Of a stretch of 64,000 nucleotides of DNA, positions 26,185-35,018 are shown piece after piece. The stretch is from a virus: positions 94,492-158,491 of the IMG/VR virus record IMGVR_UViG_3300033182_000581; one strand, written 5' to 3'. The notes below the pieces were generated by a model. That model searched no databases. It worked only from the letters and a program-made list of their open reading frames with translations, and was not told the origin of the DNA. Positions within the stretch are counted from its first letter, which is position 1; the number at the start of each line of letters is the position of its first letter. The position numbers and the translations under genes are program-made.

Positions 26185-28365
26185 ATGAGAAAGGATAAAC
26201 ATATGAGAGATAACACAAAATATTCTTCGTACTGGTTACGTGGTGATTTGTTTGATGATGACTCTAATGATGTTGTTGATGCAGTTGAGAAGAAACAATC
26301 GAATCTTCTCGCTCTCGCTTCATATAAACGAGCTATCTCAAACTTTGTTAACATTGTAACCAATGAGAACATCAAAGTAATGTTCGACCAACGTGGTGAT
26401 AATTCCTACACCGATGGTAAGACGGTTACCATTTCCGCTAAGATGGATGATAAGGAATTTGACCCGACAGTTGGTTTGGCGTTGCATGAGGGTTCTCACA
26501 TTAAGTTAACTGATTTTAGTTCCCTTCAACAACTAAACAATCACAACTTTCCACATCCATTAGATTATGATTACATTTCTTCTTTGGAAGAAAAACACAA
26601 TATGGGATATGATAGTGTTCGTAATTGGATTGCTGGTGTTGTTAAGGATTTGTTGAATGTGATTGAAGATAGACGTATTGATTATTACATCTACTCTACC
26701 TCACCTGGTTACAAAGGTTACTACCACGCAATGTACGATAAGTACTTCAACGCTAAGATTATCGATAAAGGACTTCAATCCTCTGAGTATCGTACTGAGG
26801 ATTGGGAATCTTATATGTTCCGTATCATCAACATCACCAATGAGAATCGTGATTTGGATGCACTTCCAATGTTACGAAAAGTTTGGGAGTTGATTGATTT
26901 GAAAAACATCAACCGACTTCAGAATACTCAACAGGCGTTTGAGTTGGCTTGTGAGGTTTTCAAAATGGTAGAAGATTCACTTCCAAAATCTCAACAACCT
27001 GAGCAGGGTGATGGTAATGGTAATGGTGATTCTGATAACAATGAACAACAACCGGGTGAAGGTGCTGGTGGCGGTGGTGATAACTCCGAAACCAATGGTA
27101 CTGATAATACTGAAGGGCCTGAGAATGATGGTCAATCTAAGCAAGATTCCAATGGTACTGATGATACCAAAGGTGATGCAGAAGGAGATGATGTAAAGAG
27201 TGGTCGTTCTTCTTACAATCCCAATGGTGCTGGTGGTGATGGTTCTAATAACCAACCTACTGATAACAAAGTTGATGGTGGTGAAGGCCCACTTTCAGAC
27301 CGACAAAAGAAACAATTAGATAACGCTATTAATAAACAAAAGAAGTTTCAAAATGGTGATATCACAAAGAAGAAAGTTGGTAAGAACGAAAATCAAAAGT
27401 TAGAAACTCTATCTAAGGCTGGTATCGATGAGAAGCTGGCAGGTAAGGATTACCAATCAGGTCGTTATTGGAGAAATGATAAAGCAACATCTGTTGTGAT
27501 TGTTCGTAACTTCACTAAGGCATTGGTTGATTCAGATACCATTGATATGTTATCTTCTTACTCTTGGTACACTGACCGTAATCAGGAGGCCATCAACAAA
27601 GGTATTCAGATTGGTACTATGTTGGGTAAGCGTTTGAAGATTCGTTCTGAAGAACGTTCGTTGATTACTCCGCGAATGAAGAGTGGTCGTATCTCTGGTC
27701 GTTTGTTACATGAGTTGGGTATGGGTAATACACAAATCTTTGACCAGACTGTAATCAACAAACACAAACCGGCATTGATTCACATCTCCATTGATGCAAG
27801 TACTTCGATGGGTGATGGTAAGTGGACTAACTCACAAATTGCGGCAGTTGCAATCGCTAAGGCCGCTTCGATGACTAATAATCTTGATGTGGTTATCTCA
27901 TACCGAGCCATTCAAGAAGGTGGTCGTTCACATAAATCAGTACAACCTTTGATGTTCATTGCTTACGATTCTCGTAAGGATAAGTTCACTAAGATTCAAC
28001 AATTGTTCAAATACATTCGGACGTGTGGTACTACTCCAGAAGGTTTGTGTTTTGAATCAATTTTAAATGAGATTACCAAAACCAATGGTGGTGTTGATTC
28101 TTACTTCATCAACTTCTCAGATGGATGGCCAGGATTCTCTAACTCTGATATTGAGTATAGTGGACAGGCTGCTATTGACCACACCGCGAATCAGGTTAAG
28201 AAGATGAGAATGGCTGGAGTTAAGGTTCTATCTTACTTCATCGAAGAAGGTTACTATGGTGGGGCTATTGATAACTTCCAAAAGATGTATGGTAAATCTG
28301 CTGAGAAGATTGATGTTACATCACTCATCCCATTGACACGAACTTTAAATAAAATGTTTGAATAA
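26185..28365 (+). CDS. VWA-domain protein (CobT/MoxR-partner-like) with HExxH region
   Basis: LHEGSH, IEDRRID, G/N/D-rich linker, C-terminal VWA: IDASTSM, TPEG, FSDG. Confidence 0.8.
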   Translation: MRKDKHMRDNTKYSSYWLRGDLFDDDSNDVVDAVEKKQSNLLALASYKRAISNFVNIVTNENIKVMFDQRGDNSYTDGKTVTISAKMDDKEFDPTVGLALHEGSHIKLTDFSSLQQLNNHNFPHPLDYDYISSLEEKHNMGYDSVRNWIAGVVKDLLNVIEDRRIDYYIYSTSPGYKGYYHAMYDKYFNAKIIDKGLQSSEYRTEDWESYMFRIINITNENRDLDALPMLRKVWELIDLKNINRLQNTQQAFELACEVFKMVEDSLPKSQQPEQGDGNGNGDSDNNEQQPGEGAGGGGDNSETNGTDNTEGPENDGQSKQDSNGTDDTKGDAEGDDVKSGRSSYNPNGAGGDGSNNQPTDNKVDGGEGPLSDRQKKQLDNAINKQKKFQNGDITKKKVGKNENQKLETLSKAGIDEKLAGKDYQSGRYWRNDKATSVVIVRNFTKALVDSDTIDMLSSYSWYTDRNQEAINKGIQIGTMLGKRLKIRSEERSLITPRMKSGRISGRLLHELGMGNTQIFDQTVINKHKPALIHISIDASTSMGDGKWTNSQIAAVAIAKAASMTNNLDVVISYRAIQEGGRSHKSVQPLMFIAYDSRKDKFTKIQQLFKYIRTCGTTPEGLCFESILNEITKTNGGVDSYFINFSDGWPGFSNSDIEYSGQAAIDHTANQVKKMRMAGVKVLSYFIEEGYYGGAIDNFQKMYGKSAEKIDVTSLIPLTRTLNKMFE

Positions 28366-28559
28366 TGATACTAAATTTAGAACGATTAAATTTGGAATAC
28401 ATCTATTGGACTGTTGATAATGGAGAATGTCGAAACTCAGATGATTTGAGATTCGGCCAGTTTCTCCACAACAAATACCAATTGGATGGATTATCGGATG
28501 TGTTTTATGTAGAAAACGCAACATCTGCTTACGAAACTTTGTTAAAAGATTTAACATAA
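28365..28559 (+). CDS. hypothetical protein
   Basis: DLRFGQFL motif. Confidence 0.6.
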   Translation: MILNLERLNLEYIYWTVDNGECRNSDDLRFGQFLHNKYQLDGLSDVFYVENATSAYETLLKDLT

Positions 28560-28606
28560 ACTTAACATTAAAAGTTTGGATATATCAGAAATAAGTGGTA
28601 CTTTAG
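28551..28606 (+). promoter_or_regulatory. class I promoter cassette, copy 11
   Basis: TTAACA 28551, TTTG 28575, TACTTTAG 28599. Confidence 0.75.
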
Positions 28607-28625
28607 TACTGTAAGATTGAGAGAT

Positions 28626-28844
28626 ATGAGAACGACAATTGAAGTAAAAAAAGTTTTGGATTACGTTAACAACCAACTTGCTCGTACTGATGAGTATTGT
28701 GATGATAAGTTTAAGGCTGGTATGTGTACGATGATTGAACGAGTGTTGTATGATACTAATCAGTATAATGGTTATACTCCATTGAATGATGCGAATGTAG
28801 GTGAGGTTGGTTACTACAATCGATTTTACCACATGAAAAGTTAA
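28626..28844 (+). CDS. hypothetical protein
   Basis: Lies between cassettes 11 and 12. Confidence 0.65.
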   Translation: MRTTIEVKKVLDYVNNQLARTDEYCDDKFKAGMCTMIERVLYDTNQYNGYTPLNDANVGEVGYYNRFYHMKS

Positions 28845-28896
28845 CAATTTGATAACATTAAAAATTTGGAGTTGTGAACCTAAATCACTATCTTTA
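28841..28896 (+). promoter_or_regulatory. class I promoter cassette, copy 12
   Basis: TTAACA 28841, TTTG 28865, TATCTTTA 28889. Confidence 0.75.
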
Positions 28897-28934
28897 CAAA
28901 GTAATAAAAGTTAAAAAATAAACAATAATTAGAT

Positions 28935-30203
28935 ATGGCAAAAGCACAAAGATTTGTATTCCTCAAAGTTGTTCGTAATGAGAACAAAGAGTTGATTTTG
29001 GTAGACACCAATGGTGTTGAGTTTTTAGTTCCTCAGATAAATGAGAAAGGAACTTCACTTTATAAACGAGCCGTTGCATCGGCTAACAATCCTTCAAAGT
29101 ATTGTTTCAAAGCTCGTGTTAGTGGTAACCTTACTAATGGTTCGGTTGAATTCGGACGTGTTCCGGCTGAGAAGTTTAATGGGGCTGAACCTGTTACAAA
29201 CTTCAATCAACCAAATGGTGGTTTGGAAGCATTCAAAATGACTGTAACTCCTACACCATCGGAAGCTGTTGAGAAACCAATGGAAGAAGATTTCCTAAAG
29301 TTCATTCACTCTGAGGCTAATGGTTTGAAACCAAAGATGTTGTTTATGAGTGAACTGAAATGGAAGTATCTGATTCGTAACATTCTTCGTGGTAAGAACA
29401 TTATGATGACTGGCCCGGCCGGTTGTGGTAAGACCATGGCGGCTAAGGCGGCTGCAAATTCCATTGAAGGTTACAATACCGAAATCTTCAATTTGGGTTC
29501 AACGCAAGACCCCCGAGCTACTCTGATTGGGAATACTCAGTTCGATACTAAGAAAGGTACGGTCTTTAACCCATCACCTTTCGTTAAAGCAATTCAAACT
29601 CCAAACACTGTGATTGTGTTGGATGAGATTAGCCGGGCTCACCCTGAGGCTCACAACATTCTGATGACTGTGTTGGATGCTGGACAACGTTACCTACGTT
29701 TGGATGAGGCTGCAGATTCACCTGTTGTGAAGGTTGCTGAAGGCGTTTCCTTCATCGCCTCCGCTAATATCGGTAATGAATATACCGCAACTCGTCAACT
29801 TGACCGTGCGATTGTTGACCGATTCACAATCATTGAGATGGATACTCTTACTACTGAAGAGGAATCTAAACTACTTCAAATGATGTACCCATCGGTTGAT
29901 ATGGCACTTATCAAATCAGTTGCAGAGATTACTTCAATGACCCGTTCTGAGGTTAAGAAAGAAACTCCACAACTTACGAACTCACTATCGACTCGTACAG
30001 CGGTTGAGATTGGTTCTCTACTATACGATGGGTTCTCATTGGCTGAGGCTGCTGAAATCACTATCTATCCTCTCTTCGATGACGCGGGTGGGGCTCAATC
30101 AGAACGTACTTACATTCGACAGTTCGTTCAGAAGTTCGTTGGTTCTACTGAAGAAGAAAATCTCTTCAATACTGAAACCGAAGATTTAAATAACCCTTTC
30201 TAA
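28935..30203 (+). CDS. MoxR/CbbQ/CobS-type AAA+ ATPase
   Basis: Walker A GPAGCGKT, Walker B IVLDEISR, ASANIG, LDRAIVDRF, STR. Confidence 0.9.
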   Translation: MAKAQRFVFLKVVRNENKELILVDTNGVEFLVPQINEKGTSLYKRAVASANNPSKYCFKARVSGNLTNGSVEFGRVPAEKFNGAEPVTNFNQPNGGLEAFKMTVTPTPSEAVEKPMEEDFLKFIHSEANGLKPKMLFMSELKWKYLIRNILRGKNIMMTGPAGCGKTMAAKAAANSIEGYNTEIFNLGSTQDPRATLIGNTQFDTKKGTVFNPSPFVKAIQTPNTVIVLDEISRAHPEAHNILMTVLDAGQRYLRLDEAADSPVVKVAEGVSFIASANIGNEYTATRQLDRAIVDRFTIIEMDTLTTEEESKLLQMMYPSVDMALIKSVAEITSMTRSEVKKETPQLTNSLSTRTAVEIGSLLYDGFSLAEAAEITIYPLFDDAGGAQSERTYIRQFVQKFVGSTEEENLFNTETEDLNNPF

Positions 30204-30229
30204 TTGTTTAGTGTTTAACTAATGGGTAG

Positions 30230-30255
30230 ACCCCACCACTTCGGTGGGGTTTATT
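30230..30255 (+). terminator. intrinsic terminator
   Basis: ACCCCACC-ACTTC-GGTGGGGT followed by TTATT. Confidence 0.75.
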
Positions 30256-30316
30256 CTAAATTAAATTTGGAAAACAATTTTATTTTTTGTATATTTATCA
30301 AACAACAATAAAAGAT

Positions 30317-30637
30317 ATGGATATAAAATCCCTTACAAACGACATTTACGAATCCTTAAAAGAAGATGGGCTCTTTAAAAGTGAGTTTATAGATGGGTAT
30401 AAGTTTAAAGCTCGATTCTATAAAACAATGAGTAACTCAAATGTTACTACAAAACAACTAAATGCTGAATCAATTATGGGTTTAGTAATGGAAATCACCA
30501 AAGAGATAATCAAAGAGAATGTTGATAATACAATTTCCGAATTAAAAGATAAGGGAATACTCAATGAGGTTGAAATTGAAGATGGTGAGATTGGTTATGT
30601 ATTAAATGAAAATGTAAATATAGAAAGTTATGAGTAA
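30317..30637 (+). CDS. hypothetical protein
   Basis: Behind promoter at 30266. Confidence 0.6.
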   Translation: MDIKSLTNDIYESLKEDGLFKSEFIDGYKFKARFYKTMSNSNVTTKQLNAESIMGLVMEITKEIIKENVDNTISELKDKGILNEVEIEDGEIGYVLNENVNIESYE

Positions 30638-31034
30638 CGAAAACGAAAATTTAATACCTGAAGATTATTGGAATGAACTAACTCAGGAAGAAAAAGATGT
30701 ACTCGCATCCGCAGCATCTGAAATGGAAGAGTATCTATCACAACCTACCGATGAGTGGCATGAGATGGATGAGGGTTATTACCAACATCTAAGACAACGA
30801 TTTGGTAAAGGTGAAGATGAGATTGGCCCACGTCATTTTAAACAATACCAAAATGCGTTTCTGCCAATCCAAATGATGGTAATTCCAGCAGGTAGACAAC
30901 ACAATGGTGAAGAGATGATTCAGTACTTCCACACCTTAACTGAAGATATGGAGTTGGGTGAATGTAATGGTTCTTATGAATTAGTTACTGAATCAGAATT
31001 AGAAGAAAAATTTAATATCAAATATAATAATTAA
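30630..31034 (+). CDS. acidic hypothetical protein
   Basis: 134-aa ORF. Confidence 0.65.
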   Translation: MSNENENLIPEDYWNELTQEEKDVLASAASEMEEYLSQPTDEWHEMDEGYYQHLRQRFGKGEDEIGPRHFKQYQNAFLPIQMMVIPAGRQHNGEEMIQYFHTLTEDMELGECNGSYELVTESELEEKFNIKYNN

Positions 31035-31044
31035 AATCAAAGTT

Positions 31045-31245
31045 ATGAAGTATTACATTGCAAAAGTAAAAGTAGTTACAACCGATGACAAGGGTCGTCA
31101 AAAGAAAACGATGGAACAATATTGTGTACACGCAGTATCAGTAACCGATGCAGAAACTAAGGTACATGAAGAATTTAAAAACGATGGTTTGGAATTCGAA
31201 GTTACATCAGTATTAGAAACTAAAATCATAAAAGTTATTAGTTAA
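31045..31245 (+). CDS. DUF4494-like protein
   Basis: YIAKVK...KKTMEQYCVHAVSVTDAE resembles Bacteroidota DUF4494. Confidence 0.6.
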   Translation: MKYYIAKVKVVTTDDKGRQKKTMEQYCVHAVSVTDAETKVHEEFKNDGLEFEVTSVLETKIIKVIS

Positions 31246-31254
31246 GGAGAATTA

Positions 31255-31476
31255 ATGAATTATGTAACTGGTTCGACTGTAATAGTTAGTGTATTTAATG
31301 TTCTTAAAGTAGGTAGTGTTGTAGATAAAGCTACTGTTAAAAAGGGTATTAGATACACTATTAAAACCGAAGATGGTAAGATACATGATAACGTATTTGT
31401 TGATACTAAAAATGTAGATTCATTTATTAATAGTAGTCTTACTAAATCATTTTTGAAATCTAAGGATAATGGATAA
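31255..31476 (+). CDS. hypothetical protein
   Basis: AAGGAG RBS. Confidence 0.6.
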   Translation: MNYVTGSTVIVSVFNVLKVGSVVDKATVKKGIRYTIKTEDGKIHDNVFVDTKNVDSFINSSLTKSFLKSKDNG

Positions 31477-31759
31477 GAAAAAATTCAATCGTATAAAGAA
31501 GCAGGTTCTAAAGAAGTATCCCAAAGCACAAACTAAAATCAATAAAGATGGGATGTATTATGTATCAACAGGTACAGAAGAATCTGTAATTACTGAATAT
31601 ATGATACCACCACAATCAAGTGTATCAATGGCTTGGTTGGTAGTTAGTGAAACTTTAAAGGCACATCAGAATATAGAACGTACAAATCCAAATAGAATGG
31701 ATACTGCTTCTTTTGAGAAAAAGTTCAATAGAATTTCAAATAGAAATAAACGTAAATAG
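31469..31759 (+). CDS. hypothetical protein
   Basis: Basic 96-aa ORF. Confidence 0.6.
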   Translation: MDKKKFNRIKKQVLKKYPKAQTKINKDGMYYVSTGTEESVITEYMIPPQSSVSMAWLVVSETLKAHQNIERTNPNRMDTASFEKKFNRISNRNKRK

Positions 31760-31821
31760 TTGATTTCATTAAAGATATTTTCATATTTATTGTAAATAGT
31801 TTAATACTTAATTACAATCTT

Positions 31822-32112
31822 ATGAAAAAATACAACGGAAAGCCAAGAGGTAGAGTAAATCACGGTGGTGCAACAAACGAAAAAGATAGAGAGAGGTTAC
31901 GCAAGTTAGGAAAGAATTATAACTCAATTGATTTTTTGATGAGTGATAATCTTAATGAATCTAACTACACCGATAAAAGTCAACCCATTGGCACTTTAGA
32001 AGTTGGAAATGTTTCTGTTGATTTGACTTGGTCAGAATGTTCTAAGATTATGGAAACATTAGAAAACGCACAACTTACTCACAAACAAAAAATTCGATTA
32101 GGATTATTTTAA
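31822..32112 (+). CDS. hypothetical protein
   Basis: After ATATTTAT at 31783. Confidence 0.6.
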   Translation: MKKYNGKPRGRVNHGGATNEKDRERLRKLGKNYNSIDFLMSDNLNESNYTDKSQPIGTLEVGNVSVDLTWSECSKIMETLENAQLTHKQKIRLGLF

Positions 32113-32115
32113 TGA

Positions 32116-32541
32116 ATGGAAACATCAGAATTCTTTAAACAACTTGGATTAGGAGACCCGGATATGGAGAAAGCCCGAGAATGGGTTTCCTATTCCAAAT
32201 TTGAAGAAGCAGTTCCTGATATTCTTACACTATCTGAGTTTGTTGATACTGTACTTAAAAAATCTGTTGTGGATAACGCAAAACCACATCAATGGTTTTC
32301 TGAGAGATATATGGTTACTAAATACATATCATCTACTCAACCTGCGAATGATGAGTATATCAAAAAATTAGATACTAAGATTTCACATCTAAAGGAATCA
32401 ATTCCAACCGAACCAAACTATGAACATATACATAGATTCATTGAGATTTTATCTACTGAAGTTCATACAAAGCGAAATATACTTCCTAAAGAAGTTTTGG
32501 AATATTTGAATGAATTGTACAAAGGAAAGGGAAAACGATGA
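32116..32541 (+). CDS. hypothetical protein
   Basis: 141-aa ORF. Confidence 0.65.
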   Translation: METSEFFKQLGLGDPDMEKAREWVSYSKFEEAVPDILTLSEFVDTVLKKSVVDNAKPHQWFSERYMVTKYISSTQPANDEYIKKLDTKISHLKESIPTEPNYEHIHRFIEILSTEVHTKRNILPKEVLEYLNELYKGKGKR

Positions 32542-32550
32542 TATTTATAA

Positions 32551-32745
32551 ATGATGGGTATAGAACAAATTAAAGAACCATATAAGAGTAGTATACTTGA
32601 AATACTAAACTCTGATTCTGATTCCGATAGGGTATTTCAGAAACTAAAATTATATATGGTATCCGAGTCATACTTTAAAGAAGTTATAGACGAACCAACG
32701 TGGTTAGCCTATGAGATTCACAAACAATTCAATAAGAGGAAATGA
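32551..32745 (+). CDS. hypothetical protein
   Basis: 64-aa ORF. Confidence 0.5.
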   Translation: MMGIEQIKEPYKSSILEILNSDSDSDRVFQKLKLYMVSESYFKEVIDEPTWLAYEIHKQFNKRK

Positions 32746-33125
32746 TTATGACAAGTACTGAATATTGGGATGAGAGTGAATTCAACTTCTTTAATCAATT
32801 GGATGATGTAGATAAACTACTATACATCTATGATTTAATGATTGGTGAATTCGTATATGAATACAATGGTGAAGATGTATCCCTTCCCATCTTTGAATTT
32901 GAATTTGAAGAAGAAGAAAAAATCAGACAAGATGTTTTAGTATCATTTACAGAGGATGGTGATATTAAGTTCGAAGGTGGTGATTTGGATGTATTAGAAA
33001 ACGCTGCAAGATTTATGGTTACAAATGGATTATTACTTACAAATCGTAAAGTTTCATTTATACATGAAACTGTGATTCTTACTTATACTTTATTAGGTGA
33101 AGGGTTACCAATCTCAATGAACTGA
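32742..33125 (+). CDS. acidic hypothetical protein
   Basis: 127-aa ORF. Confidence 0.6.
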   Translation: MIMTSTEYWDESEFNFFNQLDDVDKLLYIYDLMIGEFVYEYNGEDVSLPIFEFEFEEEEKIRQDVLVSFTEDGDIKFEGGDLDVLENAARFMVTNGLLLTNRKVSFIHETVILTYTLLGEGLPISMN

Positions 33126-33224
33126 CAGATTGTCAGTACTATATGACATAATTTCCTATTTTATAATTTGGTACATAAGTTGAAATATACTGAGTGTATG
33201 TTTTAAAAATTAAAAGGAGATAAT

Positions 33225-33575
33225 ATGTTTATTACAAACCGAACAATTGACAGATTATTTGATGATGTTATGAAAATGAACCACCGTAATGTATGGAACT
33301 CATTGTATGATAATATGAAAGTAGAAGATGATGAACTTATCATGCAGTTTGATGTACCTGGCTTTTCGAAGAAAGATTTTAAAATCAAAGTAGAAGATTA
33401 TGTATTAACTATTGAAGGTGAGACTGATACTCGTACTTTTAATAAACAATACAAATTGAATAAAGATTGGGATACATCTAAAGTATCTGCTAAGGTTGAG
33501 AATGGTGTATTAACAATCACTACACCTAAGTTAGAAGAAAAGAAATCAAAGGTTATTGAAGTAGTTGTTAAGTAG
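33225..33575 (+). CDS. small heat-shock protein (Hsp20/alpha-crystallin)
   Basis: DVPGFSKKDFKIKVED..LTIEG...AKVENGVLTITTPK; AGGAG RBS. Confidence 0.92.
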   Translation: MFITNRTIDRLFDDVMKMNHRNVWNSLYDNMKVEDDELIMQFDVPGFSKKDFKIKVEDYVLTIEGETDTRTFNKQYKLNKDWDTSKVSAKVENGVLTITTPKLEEKKSKVIEVVVK

Positions 33576-33775
33576 TGTTTTGTAAAGAAGTTATAGATAG
33601 GTCGGGTAAACTCTATATAGTACTCAGAAAGATTCGGATTGACCACAATCCCATCGTTCAGGCTTGGAGAGAACATCTTAGAGCTGATATTGTTTTAAAG
33701 AAAGAACCATTCTATTATTTTTGTGAAGAGATTATAGATGTTGAACCGATAGATGAAAATTTAACACAAACTTAA
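33575..33775 (+). CDS. hypothetical protein
   Basis: GTG start coupled to the hsp20 stop. Confidence 0.55.
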   Translation: MFCKEVIDRSGKLYIVLRKIRIDHNPIVQAWREHLRADIVLKKEPFYYFCEEIIDVEPIDENLTQT

Positions 33776-33816
33776 CATAGGGGAGTTGGATAACTCCCCT
33801 TTTTTTATTATCTTAG
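33761..33816 (+). promoter_or_regulatory. class I promoter cassette, copy 13 (with terminator hairpin)
   Basis: TTAACA 33761; AGGGGAGTT-GGAT-AACTCCCCT plus T-run; TATCTTAG 33809. Confidence 0.72.
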
Positions 33817-33850
33817 TAGGGTAATTAAGTGATAGTATATTTATAGTATT

Positions 33851-33982
33851 ATGAGTGATAACAAAGACAAACTACAAAAAGTTGAACTTACCATGCAGGA
33901 GATATGGCAAGCAATGCGTGGTAACGTCTATAAGAATAAGAAGAAATATACTCGTAAAAAGAAACATAAAAACAAAGAATAG
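33851..33982 (+). CDS. small basic protein (43 aa)
   Basis: Read by hand: ...NKKKYTRKKKHKNKE. Confidence 0.55.
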   Translation: MSDNKDKLQKVELTMQEIWQAMRGNVYKNKKKYTRKKKHKNKE

Positions 33983-33984
33983 TT

Positions 33985-34887
33985 ATGGGAAATTTAGGTT
34001 ATGCCTGTATTAATATGACGTTGGGTAAGCAGGGTATTACTACCAATCGTAGTATGATTAAACGCACGTTTAAAGAAAAAGGTATTCCATACGCATCTGA
34101 ACTTAGTATTCAGAACGTAAGGGATTTGATTGAAATTATTAAGTGGAATGAACAGAATGATATTAAGTTCTTTAGAATGAGTTCTGATGTATTTCCTTGG
34201 GCTTCTGAATATTCTCTATCGGAACTACCACATTACCATCGCATCAAAAATCTTTTGACTGGTGCGGGTCATCTTGTCAACAAATACGACCATCGTATCA
34301 CAGCACATCCAGGCCCATTCAATGTATTGGTATCTCCTAATGAGAATGTAGTTCAGAATACCATTACAGACCTATCTATACACGGCGAAGTATTTGACCT
34401 TATGGGTTTATCTCGTACTCCATACAATAAATTAAACATCCATTGTAATGGTGTTTATGGTGATAAACAATCTGCTATGGATAGATTCTGTAAGAATTTT
34501 GAACGATTACCAGAATCCGTACAGACTCGATTGACTGTTGAGAATGATGATAAGGCATCAATGTATTCTGTAAAAGATTTGATGTACATTCACGAACGTA
34601 TTGGTATTCCGATTGTGTTCGATTACCATCACCATAAATTCAATACTGGCGATTTATCAGAAGAGGAAGCTCTTAAACTCGCAGTTAGTACTTGGGGTGA
34701 TATTAAACCTGTTGTTCACTACTCTGAGAGTAAATCGTTACATGAGAATAACGATAGTATTAAACCACAAGCACATTCAGATTACATATCTGAAACTATT
34801 AACACTTATGGACTTGATGTAGATGTTATGATAGAGGCAAAGGCCAAAGAATTAACCCTTTTAGAATACAGAGGCGTTAACGCATAG
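33985..34887 (+). CDS. uvsE: UV-damage endonuclease (UvsE/UVDE)
   Basis: LGYACIN, FFRMSS, HPGPF, LNIHCNG, RLTVENDDK, FDYHHH, HYSES, HSDY, MIEAKAKE. Confidence 0.95.
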   Translation: MGNLGYACINMTLGKQGITTNRSMIKRTFKEKGIPYASELSIQNVRDLIEIIKWNEQNDIKFFRMSSDVFPWASEYSLSELPHYHRIKNLLTGAGHLVNKYDHRITAHPGPFNVLVSPNENVVQNTITDLSIHGEVFDLMGLSRTPYNKLNIHCNGVYGDKQSAMDRFCKNFERLPESVQTRLTVENDDKASMYSVKDLMYIHERIGIPIVFDYHHHKFNTGDLSEEEALKLAVSTWGDIKPVVHYSESKSLHENNDSIKPQAHSDYISETINTYGLDVDVMIEAKAKELTLLEYRGVNA

Positions 34888-35018
34888 TATGGGGTTAAGC
34901 TTGTTGAAATATCTTAATTATTTTCTTTTTAATATTTATTATCAGATTTATGGGGTTGTTTTACAACTCCATTCTTCTTATAAGAAAGAATTTGATATAA
35001 ATACAAATCAGGAATTTA

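Noticed and set aside
26185-30203. Cobalamin biosynthesis (cobS/cobT) as a metabolic function
   Set aside because: No other cob genes are present; the motifs support only a generic MoxR AAA+/VWA pair.
1223-33816. CRISPR array or integron attC sites for the TTAACA repeats
   Set aside because: Copies are hundreds to thousands of bases apart, are not identical, and have promoter geometry; no cas or integrase gene is seen.
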